Positions 10,204-22,950 of a DNA stretch of 64,000 bases are shown here, piece by piece (the first letter of the stretch is position 1; each line of letters starts with the position of its first letter). The position numbers and the translations under genes are program-made. Where the stretch lies: contig JAMWBK010000009.1 in NCBI GenBank assembly GCA_029953675.1, forward strand, positions 62,001 to 126,000, given 5' to 3'. The notes beneath the pieces were generated by a model that ran no database searches, had not been told where the DNA came from, and saw only the letters and a program-made list of their open reading frames with translations. This DNA comes from Rhodosorus marinus CCMP1338. Taxonomy: Eukaryota > Plantae > Rhodophyta.

Positions 10204-11286
10204 TTCACACAGTAAAAAGAAACGTTTAGCCTTGATACTCCTGTGCTGCCAAATGCCAATCTTGTCGATCCTACCGAACCATCAACTCCGAGGTCTACCC
10301 CGCAATGTTCACCAGTCGGTTGCTCTTATTCCCCTCGGTAAGCCGCGCCCATTCCCACTCCAAACACCATTCGCTGGATATGGCCATACGTAGCGCAAGT
10401 CAACACAATCTAGTTTTCGGATGAGATGGGAAGGGGAAAAGCGGTCAAGCGCCAACGGCAACTCCCTTTTACCCTTGCACGCGCTAAATAAGATGGCGGT
10501 GTTAGCCAACCCTTCCCACAATCACTCCAAAAATTAAAAGACAAAAGAGAAATCACATCGATGGGGCAAGTGCTGGTGGATTGGATAGTGAAAGCTATCC
10601 AACTCTTCGCGACCAATTAACAATCCTGAACAGGCCAGAACGGTCTAATTTGATTGTCGAACCCTTGGAACAAGTCGTGGTGTCTCATGCCATCCGACAA
10701 CCGTACCTTGCAGAAAAAACATCAAAACTAAAAACAAATTTGCTCAATTTTGGGGGGTTTCCAACATTTGCAGAAGGGGTAGTCACTGTGACTTGTAACG
10801 TGGAAGGCTACAGCCTTCCCCGTTAAAGATATCCCCAATAAACAAGAAAAAACTTCGTACCCGTGAAAGCCAGGCCAATTTCTGGAACTAGTTTTAGTTC
10901 CTAGATTCATCTTGTTTTGGAGCCGATTGTAAATCTCAATTTTCAGGGCTTCCTTTTCCAGAAAACTCCAGCTATGTGGGCTGCAATATTTGCGTCTTGG
11001 TCGTTCTTGTTCTACCCAGGACAACGCCAAATCTAGCTCGATAAGCCTATTCCGACAATAGACCGCTTATTTCTCAGCGTCGAAATTAATACAAAACAGA
11101 TTGGTTTCCGGGGTTCAGCAGCTGCCTCTGAAACAGTCTAGAAGTTATCCTTCCGTGCAACTGCTGCTTTTGTGAGAGCCGCTTCACAGATAAGATAATC
11201 TATCAAGCACCACAGTGAGACCAACTCACAGACATCGTAGTCAGAATGGAGTCCAGCCTCACCGCAGCACACTGAAACTATGGTTG

Positions 11287-12173
11287 TCACACTGCTCCGT
11301 AGCGACCGCGAAGAATTTCGAAGAACCGCTTTCTGTACTGCTCAGGACGAGCAACGAAGTCCACGTTAGCCTCATCAAGGCGTTGCCGGAGTAGCGAAAT
11401 AGGTATGAAAGAAACATCGGACACTTCAGTCTCTCCGATCCGATCGAACCGATAATCAGACCGCTCGCCCACAAGCTCCACCAGATAGACGTCCTGAAAT
11501 TCGTTGCAGGAAACGCTATCAGTAGAAAACTGAGAAACCGCAGTGAAAAGGTACTCCATCGGCAGATCACCAGCTTCGAGACCTGGAGAACACCGCCACG
11601 AGGTGGTCAGGTATTTCCTCCTCGACCCGTCAAGAATCGCAGTGCAGATGCATTTCAGATTTCATGTACATCTCGTACCTAGCTCCTCTTCCAGCTCTTT
11701 GACTGCAGTGTCAGAGGATCCATCCCCGTGGGTGATATGACCAGCAGAAGAGACGTCCCACTTATTCGGGTTCGTGTCCTTGTATTTCGACCTGTCCAGG
11801 AAATCCAGTGGGAATGCTTCTGTTCAGCTGAATCGAAGTTGCCCCTTGCCTCGATACGAACGCGTTTAACCAATGGCACAATCTTTCGCTCTCGTACTTA
11901 CCGCTTCTGCAGCACTACTGACTTGGTTCCGGGATGAGTCAGCCATACGTGAACTGCCCGATGCCAGTCGCCGTCCTTGTGAACAAACCGACGCTCCTTA
12001 GTCCCAATAGGGTTCCCGGTATTTTCTATAAAGCCGCCGTGACCTGTTAGAGGTGGAGGGTAAATATCAAAAAGCTCTGAAGGATTCTGTCCAGGAGGTC
12101 CTGAATACACCGCGCGTTTCATCCTTTTCCCAAGCACAGATGCAGTGCTCGGTATCACAAATCCAACTTTCAT
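11287..12173 (-). CDS. Nudix hydrolase (IPP-isomerase-like / NUDX3-type) with probable plastid transit peptide (3 exons)
   Basis: VHKDGDWHRAVHVWL, LQKRS..KDTNPNKWDVSSAGH, TAVKELEEEL (Nudix box), NEFQDVY, EVSDV; starts MKVGFV. Confidence 0.88.
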
Positions 12174-12700
12174 CCCTCTGTCGAAGAGTGCCTGAGACTT
12201 CTAGATCCTTCTCCCACACTTGACTTCGACTCAAAAAGGGACAGCTGGATCCAACCCTTGGCTGTTTTTTAGTAGTGTCCCCTCAAAATCTGTCTACAAC
12301 AATCTTCTGATCTTGTTTCACACTCGGTTTTTATCATGCATAATACGCGTGAATATTAAAATGCACTCGTTGAGGAGGAAGGCTAATATCGGAAGCGAAT
12401 CAATGGACTCCCGACTTTCTACGTTCAAGGCGCGCAATGGTAAACTGGGTATGGTTCAGGGATGCAGGCACTCTCCCAGACAAATAGCTAATGGAACCCC
12501 TAAAGCATTTCCTGGGTGAACCGTGGACTCCTTGCACTTTTTTTTTGTGGCTTTGCAAATGGGAACGTGTGGCGCTTTTTCCACTTCGGACTCTCCAGCC
12601 TTTCCACTAGTACACCCTCGAAGCCCAAAATCTAGTGTAACCGTGCTCTTCAACAAAGGCAGGAAGCCTGTGAACAATGTGTCAATCATCGTAATCAGAG

Positions 12701-13366
12701 TCAGTTTATCTTTTTCGGGCTTGGAACATCCCCCCTCAAGAGAGTCGGGTCATTCGTTTTCAAGACCACGTAGTTCACAGTTGTTGCAACAGCCGAGAAC
12801 CCAAGGTAAGGGACCATCAACTTCGCGGCATTTGTACTGTAGATTCCGAAAGTGAAGACGCACGCGACGACAAGAACAGTCATCACTGAAATATCAACCA
12901 GAGCAAGGTCTGGGCGTTTCATGAGGAAGAATAGAGGCGACCAAGCCCAGTTGAGAACCATCTGCGCAACGTAAATCGCACATGTTAACGACAATAACAT
13001 ACGATCATCATCTCGGTTCTGTATGACTATGTAGAACGCCTTGCCCATAGCTAGATACAGCAGAGTCCATATAGGCCCGAAGAGGTACTTCGGGGGAGTG
13101 AACCTTGTGGTTGCATCGGGAAGGAAGCAAGGGGTTAGCTTCGGTTTGAGCTCAGTTGTTAAAAGAGCAGATTCCCCTCGCTCCCACGAAAGAAAAGCGA
13201 GAAAACAGCTGAATACGAAAAGAAGCTTCGGCGCTCACCATGGCTTTTTCAACTTTGGATACCAGTTGTCGACTTGGTCAATAGTAATGACCGAAGTTGC
13301 AAGGCCCCCGAGCAACGGAAGAGACATGGAGCCAACCCACAGCAGTGTATCAGTCGAAATATTCAT
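12701..13366 (-). CDS. TSPO: TspO/MBR translocator protein (2 exons)
   Basis: WYPKLKKP / FTPPKYLFGPIWTLLYLAMG, QMVLNWAWSPLFF, LMVPYLGF. Confidence 0.9.
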
Positions 13367-14356
13367 GTTCAAGTTGTCCACCCCAGCGTCGTTTGGCAAA
13401 AGTAATACTCGGAAATTAGAAACTAGATTGTTTTAGGGTATTTTTCAATGCTCCAATCCATCGACCCAACTTGAAGAAGCACATCCTCCGGAATCCGCCT
13501 CCTTCAACTCGCTTAAAGTCAGTTTTGGAAACCATCAAAAATTAAAATTAAAGAAAGAGCACAAAAAGGGGGCTTGGAAGATCGAAAATCGGGTGTTATG
13601 CCTGCATCGCCATTGGGGCCATCGATGCTTACCCTAACGTCCAATAGCAACGCGGTGTCCGGTCCTCCTCTTTTCCGTGCAGTCTAGACGAAAATGAACC
13701 GTACCTTACAGTTCAAGATAACTTTCTATTGGTCAAAAGTCGATTTTTTTTTGGTCCAACCAGTGCGTATAGAGTAGTATCTCGACAATCTCGATCCGGC
13801 AAAGGATCAATGCGCATGACCCCCCCACCCCCCGGTAAAGAAATATCTTGTGAGGAATCATCGAATCGAAAGGCGCTCACATCGTGTCAGTGCTTGATTG
13901 GTTACTGAAACGTTGCGAACGGCTTTTTTTAGTTTTTCTTTGGAAAGGGAGTGGAAGGACTATCGTGGTGAGGCACGGAGTGGAAGCATGAAACAATTTG
14001 AACCGCCAATCTCCAGCAGCATCGCTCGTTCACAAGCATTGAGGTACGAGCTCTCCTGAGCTGGCGGACTGCCTTCCGGCTACAGGCTAATCGATGCTTG
14101 ATCTTCGGAAGCGGATTGAAAAGTGGAACCTGCCCCACAATGGTGCTGATTGAACAACCCCAATTGATAAGATTGAAGATCAACAGTCTCAAATAGCACT
14201 CGTTGGAACCACTGATGGCCCAAGCTACCACGTGAGTGACTTGGCGTCGGCTTTCACACGGAGGCCCGTGTGGGCTGCTGGCAACAGTGGAAATCAACTT
14301 ATACGGAATAGATCTTAGGACAGTTTCGCCGGAACCCTGTATCAGTATCTACCGCT

Positions 14357-14650
14357 ATCCTCATTGGACCCACTGGTACATCCGAATCCCGTGACCCACC
14401 CGATGGCAGTAGGACTCTTCCCATTTCCACCGACGATGTGGTTCAACAGCTCATGGACAGCCATCGCACCCCGGCGATTGCTGCACGCCTGCTGTTCAAC
14501 CAGTCCGGACAAGTTTGAAAGACCTTTGCTTGGTCCTAACAAATGGCTCGATCCCGACGACCATTCTATCCCGAACTTAACCTATGAAGAAATCGAAAGC
14601 CTTTCGCAGCTCTTGCGCATGATCACCATCTTAAGGTGCGAGGTCAATTC
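14357..14650 (+). pseudogene. Dispersed repeat, probable decayed Copia integrase core (homolog at about 22300-22410)
   Basis: Clear nucleotide similarity of 14357-14452 to 22309-22410; translation LVHPNPVTH...WTAIAPRRLL resembles the integrase core. Confidence 0.4.
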
Positions 14651-14953
14651 CGTGCTGTTTCTCATCGACTCCACAGATGTCCCTTGAGCTACAAAGTAGA
14701 TCGATTCACAGCACTTTTCGCATGCCATCATTGTCAAATACGAACCCCGCCGAAGATTGCACTACCGTCAAGAAAATTCGGTCGTGGGGCGCGTCTATCG
14801 GCACTCGACGAGGATCACATATACGGAAGTTCCGGAAGGATCGGGCTTCAGGTGGGGGTTCGCGGTTGGGGGGACGCTTTCTGAGGATGTGAATCAGTTC
14901 CTTTCTGCTTGCTATAAGTTGGGTCTCACGCTCGCTGGAATTCGCAGGGGAGG

Positions 14954-15945
14954 ATGGAGGGGACTGGCTCTGCGTTCGTGAACGTCCAAGTTCATCTAGA
15001 TTCTCAGAGGAAATCCGGACGATGCATTTGCTCTGCGTCTGAGAGTGCTTCAGGTTCTCGGAGGATTATTGTCATTGGTGTTTTGGGGGGTATGGTGACT
15101 CTCTTATTTCCCCAAAGGAGTGTAGGAAAGCCAATCAATCCCGAGTACCCCGACAAGGAAACGAAGTTCATTCCGAAGGGCTATCCTACGGATGGGCCCC
15201 TTACTCCACCTAAGTTCGACAGCTCCAAGGAGGTACGTGGAGACGGGCTTTTTTTTTCTTAAGAAACATATGTTCTGCTGGTTTCAAGGACTTTTATGTC
15301 TGTTTCTGATGGACGTTCGTGGGGAACGATCATCCCGACTAATCCCCATGACCTTATGATGTAATTAAGGTCGAAAAGGCGGAAGATCTAGAGTACCAGG
15401 ATGTCGAGCCCGGGAAGGGCAGACAGATCGAGTTGGGCAACCTTGCTGTGGCCCACTGGAAAACAACTCTAGAAAATGGCCTCATTGTTGGCGACACGCG
15501 GATTGAGGGGAAGCCAATGTTGTTTAGAGTGGTAAGTATATGATCCCTTCGGCTATGTGATCCTGAATTGTAGGTCTCTTGGAGTGTCCCATAGCTTGGG
15601 TTTGCTTATCTGATTCTCCGATGAGCTGACCAGCCAGCTTGTCTACACCGCCAGGGAGCTGGACAAGTGGAAAAGGCCGTTGACAGGATGGTTGAAGGAA
15701 TGCGGGTTGGAGGAAGGCGCCGAATTAAGGGCTTATCAGCGGCGATGCTAAGTGATATTACCACTGGAGAGCGCTCGTTGATCCCATCAGATAGCCAGGT
15801 AGGTAACCAGTCATCGTTTGCTGTCTCTGTCGGCCTGCTACGCGTGTTGACCAATGCACATCGTGCTGACTATCTCATCTTTTTATGCTTTGCACAGTTG
15901 TATATCGACCTCGAGCTTCTGGGAATCAATCCTTACGGAGGCTAG
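14954..15945 (+). CDS. FKBP-type peptidyl-prolyl isomerase, probably thylakoid-lumenal (about 4 exons)
   Basis: SAFV transit motif; RR plus hydrophobic signal (SRRIIVIGVLGG); LEYQDVEPGKG, KPMLFRVGAGQV, EGMRVGGRRRI, LYIDLELL. Confidence 0.85.
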
Positions 15946-16424
15946 CGTTGAAAGCCTTGTACAACGAAAGCCAAGATTCAACCTCGCCTATACTACGGAC
16001 TCGTGGTCCTTTTCGGTGTACTTCGACGTTCGGACGAGTGTGCTGCGCACATCGGTTTCTTGTTCCCACATCCACTACCGCAACCACGGAAGAACTCCGA
16101 TGGATGAAACGGATCTGTGGCGCAGTAAATCAAATAAAGAGGGTGTGCGCGCTCTAGAGAGGGAACATGTGCGGTATTTGGAGCAAGGTAGAATCCGTGT
16201 ACAACTTGCATTTAGGCAGAAAAGCATTCACGGCAGGACACGGAATAATACAGCCAGCGCGGACATGAACACAAACAACGTTATCAAAAGGCGAAAGACG
16301 AACACGACACTCTAGCAAATCCGAGCAAGATAAGGGCACTCGATCATATTCCCAAAACAGTTCCTTTCCAGTTTAATTAAAGTTGTCTACACAAAGTTAG
16401 GTCACATGCACTTCAAAAAACACT

Positions 16425-17664
16425 TCACAGCTCACAATCGATCAAAACCTTAATTACGTCCTGTCCACCACCCACAGTATCGAACGCTTTCACAGCATCG
16501 TTAATATGGAATCGGTGCGTGATAAGGGGCTTGACGTTGAGCTGGCCGCCAGCGAGGAGATTCACGGCAACGGGATATGCATTCACATATCTGAAAACTC
16601 CTCTAATATCAACCTCTCTAATCTCCGCCTCCAAAATCGGAAGAGTAAACTCCGGCTTTCCCATACCGACTAGTACAACCGTACCGCCACTATCCGCTGC
16701 GTGGATTGCTGTTCTCGCCCCAATTTCAGTTCCGGAACATTCAATAACTGCCTGAGCTTGCCCCTCAGAACAATCGAAGTCCTCTCCAAAAGCAGCATTT
16801 GCTGCTTTGGCCGCAGCTTGAGCGTCCAGACCCATCACGTTCGCCACTCCCCACGCCCCGAGCTCCTTGGCCTTTGCCAATCTTCGATCATCAATATCAG
16901 TTACAACTACTGCACTGGCGCCATTTGCCTTCGCGACCAGCAACGAGACAAGCCCGATTGGCCCAGCACCACTCACAATCACCTTGTCGCCTGCTGTGAC
17001 TCTCCCTCTCTGCACAGCATGAACGGCCACGGCCAGTGGCTCCAGTAGAGCAGCTTCCTCAAGGCTCACGTGGCTAGGCAATTTAAAGCAAAAGTCAGCA
17101 TCGTGTACGAAGTAAGTAGACATCGACCCGTGCACGGGTGGAGTAGCGCAGAACTTCATCTTCGAGCAGAGGTTGTATCTCCCGCCCTTGCACTTCGCAC
17201 ATCGTCGGCAGGGAATTCCGGGCTCAATCGCCACTCGGTCACCAACTTGCAGATGGTCTACTCCCTCTCCCACAGCCGCCACCACCCCACTGGACTCGTG
17301 TCCCATCGTCATCGGGCAGTCCACAACGAAGTCCCCAATTCTGCCATGCTTGTAGTAGTGCACATCAGACATACAAATTCCCACCTGGAGGAAGATGAGA
17401 TAGCAATTACACACGCTCAGAACAAAGTTGAACACAAGATGGGGATAGTCCGCCTCCCATTCAAATCCATGTTTACGAACTTGGGCCCTTTCTTACCTTC
17501 TTAACAGCAATCTGAACCTGGCCGGGACCTGGCTGGGGGATGTCAACCTTTTCAAGTCGCAGGTCGCCGACACCGTGCAGCACTAGCGCTGTCATTTGCT
17601 CCTTGCTATTCATTTCAATTGTTTCAGGTTCTCCTCTGTCCTCATGCAATCCTCTCCTCGTCAT
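16425..17664 (-). CDS. SORD: Sorbitol (L-iditol 2-) dehydrogenase, zinc-dependent MDR (2 exons)
   Basis: ALVLHGVGDLRLE / VGICMSDVHYY, MGHESSG, GDRVAIEPGIPCRRCAKCKGGRYNLC, GAGPIG, EVDIRGVFRY. Confidence 0.92.
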
Positions 17665-17815
17665 ATTCGTATTCAACTCAGCTATGCCTTCCGCCCTCTC
17701 CGCCAGCCAATGCTTCAAGTGATGTGGCCTTAAGTAGACTCAGAGTTTCGGCTGGCCAAAAGCAGCTGTTGCCGAACAAGCAAAAAGGAGAGAGCTCAAG
17801 TTATGCGGGAAAAAA

Positions 17816-18170
17816 ATGCTACATACCGAAATCGTTGACAACCAGTTCTCAGGAGCAATGCTGAAAACGCATGAATTGAGAAGGAATCCTCGCTCCTTTC
17901 GAACAATCGTAACGATGACTGATGCAAAAACCAAATTCGGCGCTTTTTCAAAGGAAAAACAAGTTTGGACCTGTTCCCGATACAAAATCACAAATTTCCG
18001 GTGCAATTTCCAATGATTCTAATCTCCATTTTCCACCCCCCCAGGTTGTTGCTCGATGGATACATCGCCCAGGAGAACGAAGCCTGGTTCGATCATTTCT
18101 AACGGGTTCTGATCAACTGATGGCCCCTTGTCACTGAGGATAAATTTGAGATACGGGAAAATGAAAACTT
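17816..18170 (+). pseudogene. Possible TLDc-domain relic
   Basis: TIVTMTDAKTKFGAFSKEKQVW and DKFEIRE resemble TLDc motifs but are interrupted by stops; weak. Confidence 0.2.
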
Positions 18171-19780
18171 CTCGTGTCTCTCTGCGGATGAAGGCGAAAA
18201 TAGGTTCTACAAGCTTTTTGATTCGCTAAGAAATACCTAATTTTAGAACAAAACAAAGACCATGGCCTGGAAGCATTTGTGTCAGCATCAGGGAAGAGCC
18301 ACCAAACGTTCCAACTACCAATTAAAATCGTCGAGAATAATCCATTGGTTCGCGACTTCACCAATAAACATAGAGGAACTGAGGACAACATCGAATCAAT
18401 CCGTAGAACTGGACAATACCAGCAATATTCCCAAAAATAAAGATAAAACGGAGTTGTCCCCCCCCTCCAAACATGTCGTTATAAATTGGCTTGACCAGAC
18501 CCGAGACGGCCAGCTTCAAATTCCACTCATCTGTGAAGATTTCTGAGGCTCCTTTTTTTCTTCGAGCTGGGAAGCCAGCCGGAAGGGGGTTGGAACTATC
18601 CTCAGAACTCTCGACGATCTCACTGGATAAAAGAAAGTCCCCCGTGGGCGGTGGTATCCAATAATATCCTTTTCTGGAAGGGCTTCGCTGGTATAGCCGG
18701 GATTCATGTCCAATGAAGTTCGCGTATCGGATTGACGACGGAGGCCCTGGCAAAAGAAAATTCGTATTACAAAAGAAAATGTGAACAAGAAAAAAAAAGC
18801 AACTTTGTCTTTCTTAATTTCTTCAAATATTCTATTACTCATGAAACCAGGGCGGTACTTTCCTCCAATCGGAGCCTTGAATATCAACAATAAATTTTTC
18901 ACAAACATCCAATCAGCGGAGACCTACTACCAGCGGGTGACATATTTGGGCAATATAGAAGTCCTTCTCGTCCTTCTTCAGAACAGTTTCTGAATGATAC
19001 TTTGATACTGTGTTGCGGAGCCTTCAAAATTCATGAGGTCTCCGTTCAACTGTGTTTGGCTGAAACTGGCCTTCTGGATTCTACTGGTTGTTAACCTGTT
19101 TCATTTAGGTGGGGCAATCAATTGCGTACCAACTGGAGTGGAGTTTAATCTTCCAAGAACGGTATCCGCCGGTTCGTGAATAGGCCCGTAGCTGATTTGT
19201 GCGAGGGCCAGATACATTCCACCCCACTTCCGTTGCCTTCCCCGTTGCTTGATTTATTTTCAATGGCTGAAGTTTCTTCACAACAGAGCGGCTGCATGTC
19301 AACCGAGCTTTTTTCCACTGCGAACTGAAGGCCAATTCCTGCTAGCACATGACTGCATGGCCACACCTCCCACATTCAGCTACCTCGCGGATCCTCACGC
19401 TCACGATCTGCCGTACAGATTCAAAATCGATCAAGATAGTATGGAGTATCATAAACGTTTTTCAAGCCAAAGGTAGACGCACAGAAGCCGTCATTCCGAG
19501 ATCGACCGTGGGCATTTTCATGGCAGCTGGTTGGATTCGAGATATGATCTCATCCAGATCGGTGAGCATCCAGGCTCGACAGTCGCACGCAGGAGAACGA
19601 CTAATGGGAACGCGGACTGACCACCAGCTTTCAAGGCATGCTTCGGACATGAATATTCCCGCTTTGACACTGAGGATTGCGCCAGAATTCTCTTACATAC
19701 TCATTTTGGTTTTTACCGAAAAGAAATGGATATCAAATACAATAAACTATCTTGAACTATGTCCACTGCTCGTGCTCATC

Positions 19781-20566
19781 TTAAGCTTCTAGTTCTGGGG
19801 TTGACGTGCTTTCGACCTTCCGCGTCTGAGAATTAGCCAGCCATAGTAGCAACGGAAACGAAATACACCATTCAATCGCGATAAGCACCATGAAAAACAC
19901 GAGATCATGAGGTACTTCGATAGCCCCCAGCTTTATCCCCGACCAATAGGACACCGGACCAAACACAAGGCCCAGAATTGCGGGCACCCACGGAAAGCTC
20001 GTCGACTTCAGGAACCCGAACGAAACGTTTAAGCTCATCGCAAAGTTGGCCCACAACGCAAGGATGAAAGGAGGTGCCACCTACAAGGAAAAAGCAGGTG
20101 GGACGGGTATAGAAGGATCAGCAGGGTGTGAATCGTTTTCCACATCCTGTTCTCTAACAACACGTCAAGCTCCGGACAATTCCTAAATGCTGCGCGGATA
20201 TCAGGGTGGGCACTCGTACGCACCGTCCACGGGACAACGTTGAAGAAGTACCCAAGGGAGGACTCAACCACTAGAGCATAGAGCACCTAGCGAAGCACAA
20301 GTCACGAGTTAGACAGAGAGCGGACTTTTCACAGACTTCATGTATCATACCGACGCCAGGATTATGACAACTTCACCCCTCCTGTCCAACTCATAAAGAG
20401 GACAAACAAGGAGAACGTGCAATAAGCCCAAGCCTACTTGTGCAGACGGACCCCAAAGTGGATGCTGGTGCGCGGCAAGGAGCACGTTCGCGAACCAGCC
20501 AACATTGCATAGAGCTGAGTTGAGCAGAAGCCCTGTTTTCCTTCGCCAATCATCCCAGGAGGACAT
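19781..20566 (-). CDS. DUF2878-family membrane protein (about 3 exons)
   Basis: NSALCNVGWFANVL; APPFILALWANFAMSLN; LGLVFGPVSYWSGIKLGAI; GT-AG introns. Confidence 0.75.
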
Positions 20567-22674
20567 AGTCTCATCCGTATTGGTTTTACCACAGCATGAG
20601 AGCAACACTCCAAAACGAATAGGCAACCGAGTTCAGTATGACCAAGCTCCCAAGCCACAATCGTTCAGGCCTGTCTTGGTTTGCTGAAGAGCGCAGAATG
20701 AAACCACTAAATCCGCTTGTGGTTTCCTATGCCAACAATACCTCCAGTCCTTGATCGAACACGTGTCCATGTACAAATGAACAAATGAACAGATAGGGTC
20801 TCCTAGATCGATCAAAAATCATTATGTTCTAACTAGATTTGTGAGGGCCCCAGGTTGTGATGGGACTCACACGGATGTGACACGTGGATGCTTATTATTG
20901 GCATATAGGCTATAGTTTTTTGAAAAAACGTAGATCGAAGAGTGAAAAGCTAGATCACCCCAAATGTAGTGCATCGACATGGATAAGATTACAAGGAAAT
21001 TAATCATGAATCCTTTTCAGAATCTAATCTGATACCGGATTAATCAATGGTTCTCCCCCATAGGATTCTTATGCTGGTGATTGAAGTTGCACAGCTAAAT
21101 GGAATTCATAAGCAAACACGCATAATATTTGTGAGCGGGGCAAATCTGATTGTCCGTGAAGCGCCTAGACTCTGATTGAAGTGAACTAATTCTATTTATA
21201 GAGCATATCAAATCAATTACTGCGCAGAAGATGGCAAGGAGTAATAAGTGGGTGCCCACTTCGTTGAGCGGGTATTTACCGCTTTACGAGATGCGACCAT
21301 ATCGTGACCTAATGGCATATGGAATGTGAACCGGTAAGGAGGAGACTCAAACATAACAATAAACATGCAACCGTGAACTTTGCTAAGCAGCTGCCTGCTG
21401 TAGCGCTTCACATTTTCTACCACTATCTAGGGAGAAGCTTACGCGAACCCCGCTACCAGGGTCTCACGGTACTTTCTAAAGAGAAAACAGGAACCAGTGG
21501 ATTCGGCAACTGGTCCACTCACAGAACGCCTATCGCAATCTCTGCGTACCTTGACAAAGTTTCCGGTTCATCTGAGCCTGCAGGTCGCTCAGCTCTGTAC
21601 TGCGGTGCAATAAACGTTTGCAACTATCTTGCAGGAATTCCGGTGCCATTTGTCCTTTTCGCCCAAAGCCCCCTCTCGATCATGATGGGAATGAACATGT
21701 CGTCTGGCCTCTCATCGCTAGTTGCTCTTAGGCCTCCCGCTTGGGCCGTGAACATCTTTGGGCACGGTTTCACTCGTATTGAACCGGACAGAGAACAGTG
21801 TTCCTCATCCAGCTGCTCCAACGACACGAGTGCAAGTTCGAGCGCGCCCGGCTACAGTGGCAAATTCCTTGGGACTAAAACATAATAGATTAACATCGGC
21901 ATGCTGCACGTGGGGGTTTATTATTGGACTAAAGATTAGAGGTTTTTGAAAACTTTTACGCCGAAATCAGAGCTGGATACTTCCACCACCTAATCTGGAT
22001 AAATCAAACTATGGAACAAACGAGAGAATTGAACTCAAAGGACGCGCTTGGAACCCTAAATAAGTACCAAACGATTTACTGTAATGTGGGGATCTCCAGC
22101 ACTTCGCAATAGGGGGAGGGCGGAAAGCTGCATGATCTACCGTGCACAGGGGCTGGCAAACACTTTGTCTCGAGCAGAGGAAAGGTTACGCTAGACACGG
22201 GCTTGAAGGGCTATTGCTACATATACGACTTCATCATGAAAATATTCAACTTACGCAGAAAAGATCTCCTGAGCGTTTCGCAAACCACTGCATCACAACT
22301 AGCAACACCCTCATTGGACCACATGATGCATCCGAGTCCCGTGAACTACTAGAGCCGTATCGCAGTCGGACTCTTGCGATTCCCACCGTCGATGTGGTTG
22401 AACAGCTATAGTCAGCCTTCCACGCAAGCGATGTAGGCACGTCCTGCGGTGCAAGACCAAACAAGTCCCGGAACAAAAGCAGTGTAGAGATTCGCGTGTT
22501 TGTATTTCTAAAGAAATATTGGAGCTTAATCAGTCATTGGCCGCGCAATACCAATTGCAGTTGTGTCGACGCATGGCACAACTGACCTCAAGCGATTGAA
22601 GGATTGGATTCTTCATTCTAAATAATGAAGAAGAGTAAATCCACCATTATTTCGAAATTTCCTGAGGGGAGGAA

Positions 22675-22950
22675 GCTTGCCATTCCGTCTCCTAAGCCGT
22701 TCTACTTCGGGTTTTGGGAAACTAGTCGCTGAAGACGAGTGGAGCAACAAGTTTGGAGGGCATTCTACCCAGGTCATGTCCGATTTCAAGCTACTGAAGG
22801 ATTTGATTCCTCATGCTAAATAATTATGTGGAGGAATTCCGCCATCAATTAGAACCTTGCCATTCCGCTCCCTGAATCTCAACTTTGGGTATCGGAAAAG
22901 GAGCCGCTGAAGACGAATGAAACAACAAGTTTCGAGGGCACCTCAGAGGT
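22675..22950 (+). repeat. Diverged direct duplication (about 100-bp units, about 180 bp apart)
   Basis: cttgccattccg...gctgaagacga...caacaagttt.gagggca occurs twice. Confidence 0.75.

Noticed and set aside
9890-10393. 167-aa Ser-rich + strand ORF
   Set aside because: Probably the antisense shadow of the minus-strand ORF
18131-18391. LINE endonuclease start (ILIGSWNV)
   Set aside because: No convincing downstream QET or GDFN motifs and no RT
21319-21885. 188-aa ORF
   Set aside because: No recognisable motif on either strand; low-complexity Ser tail
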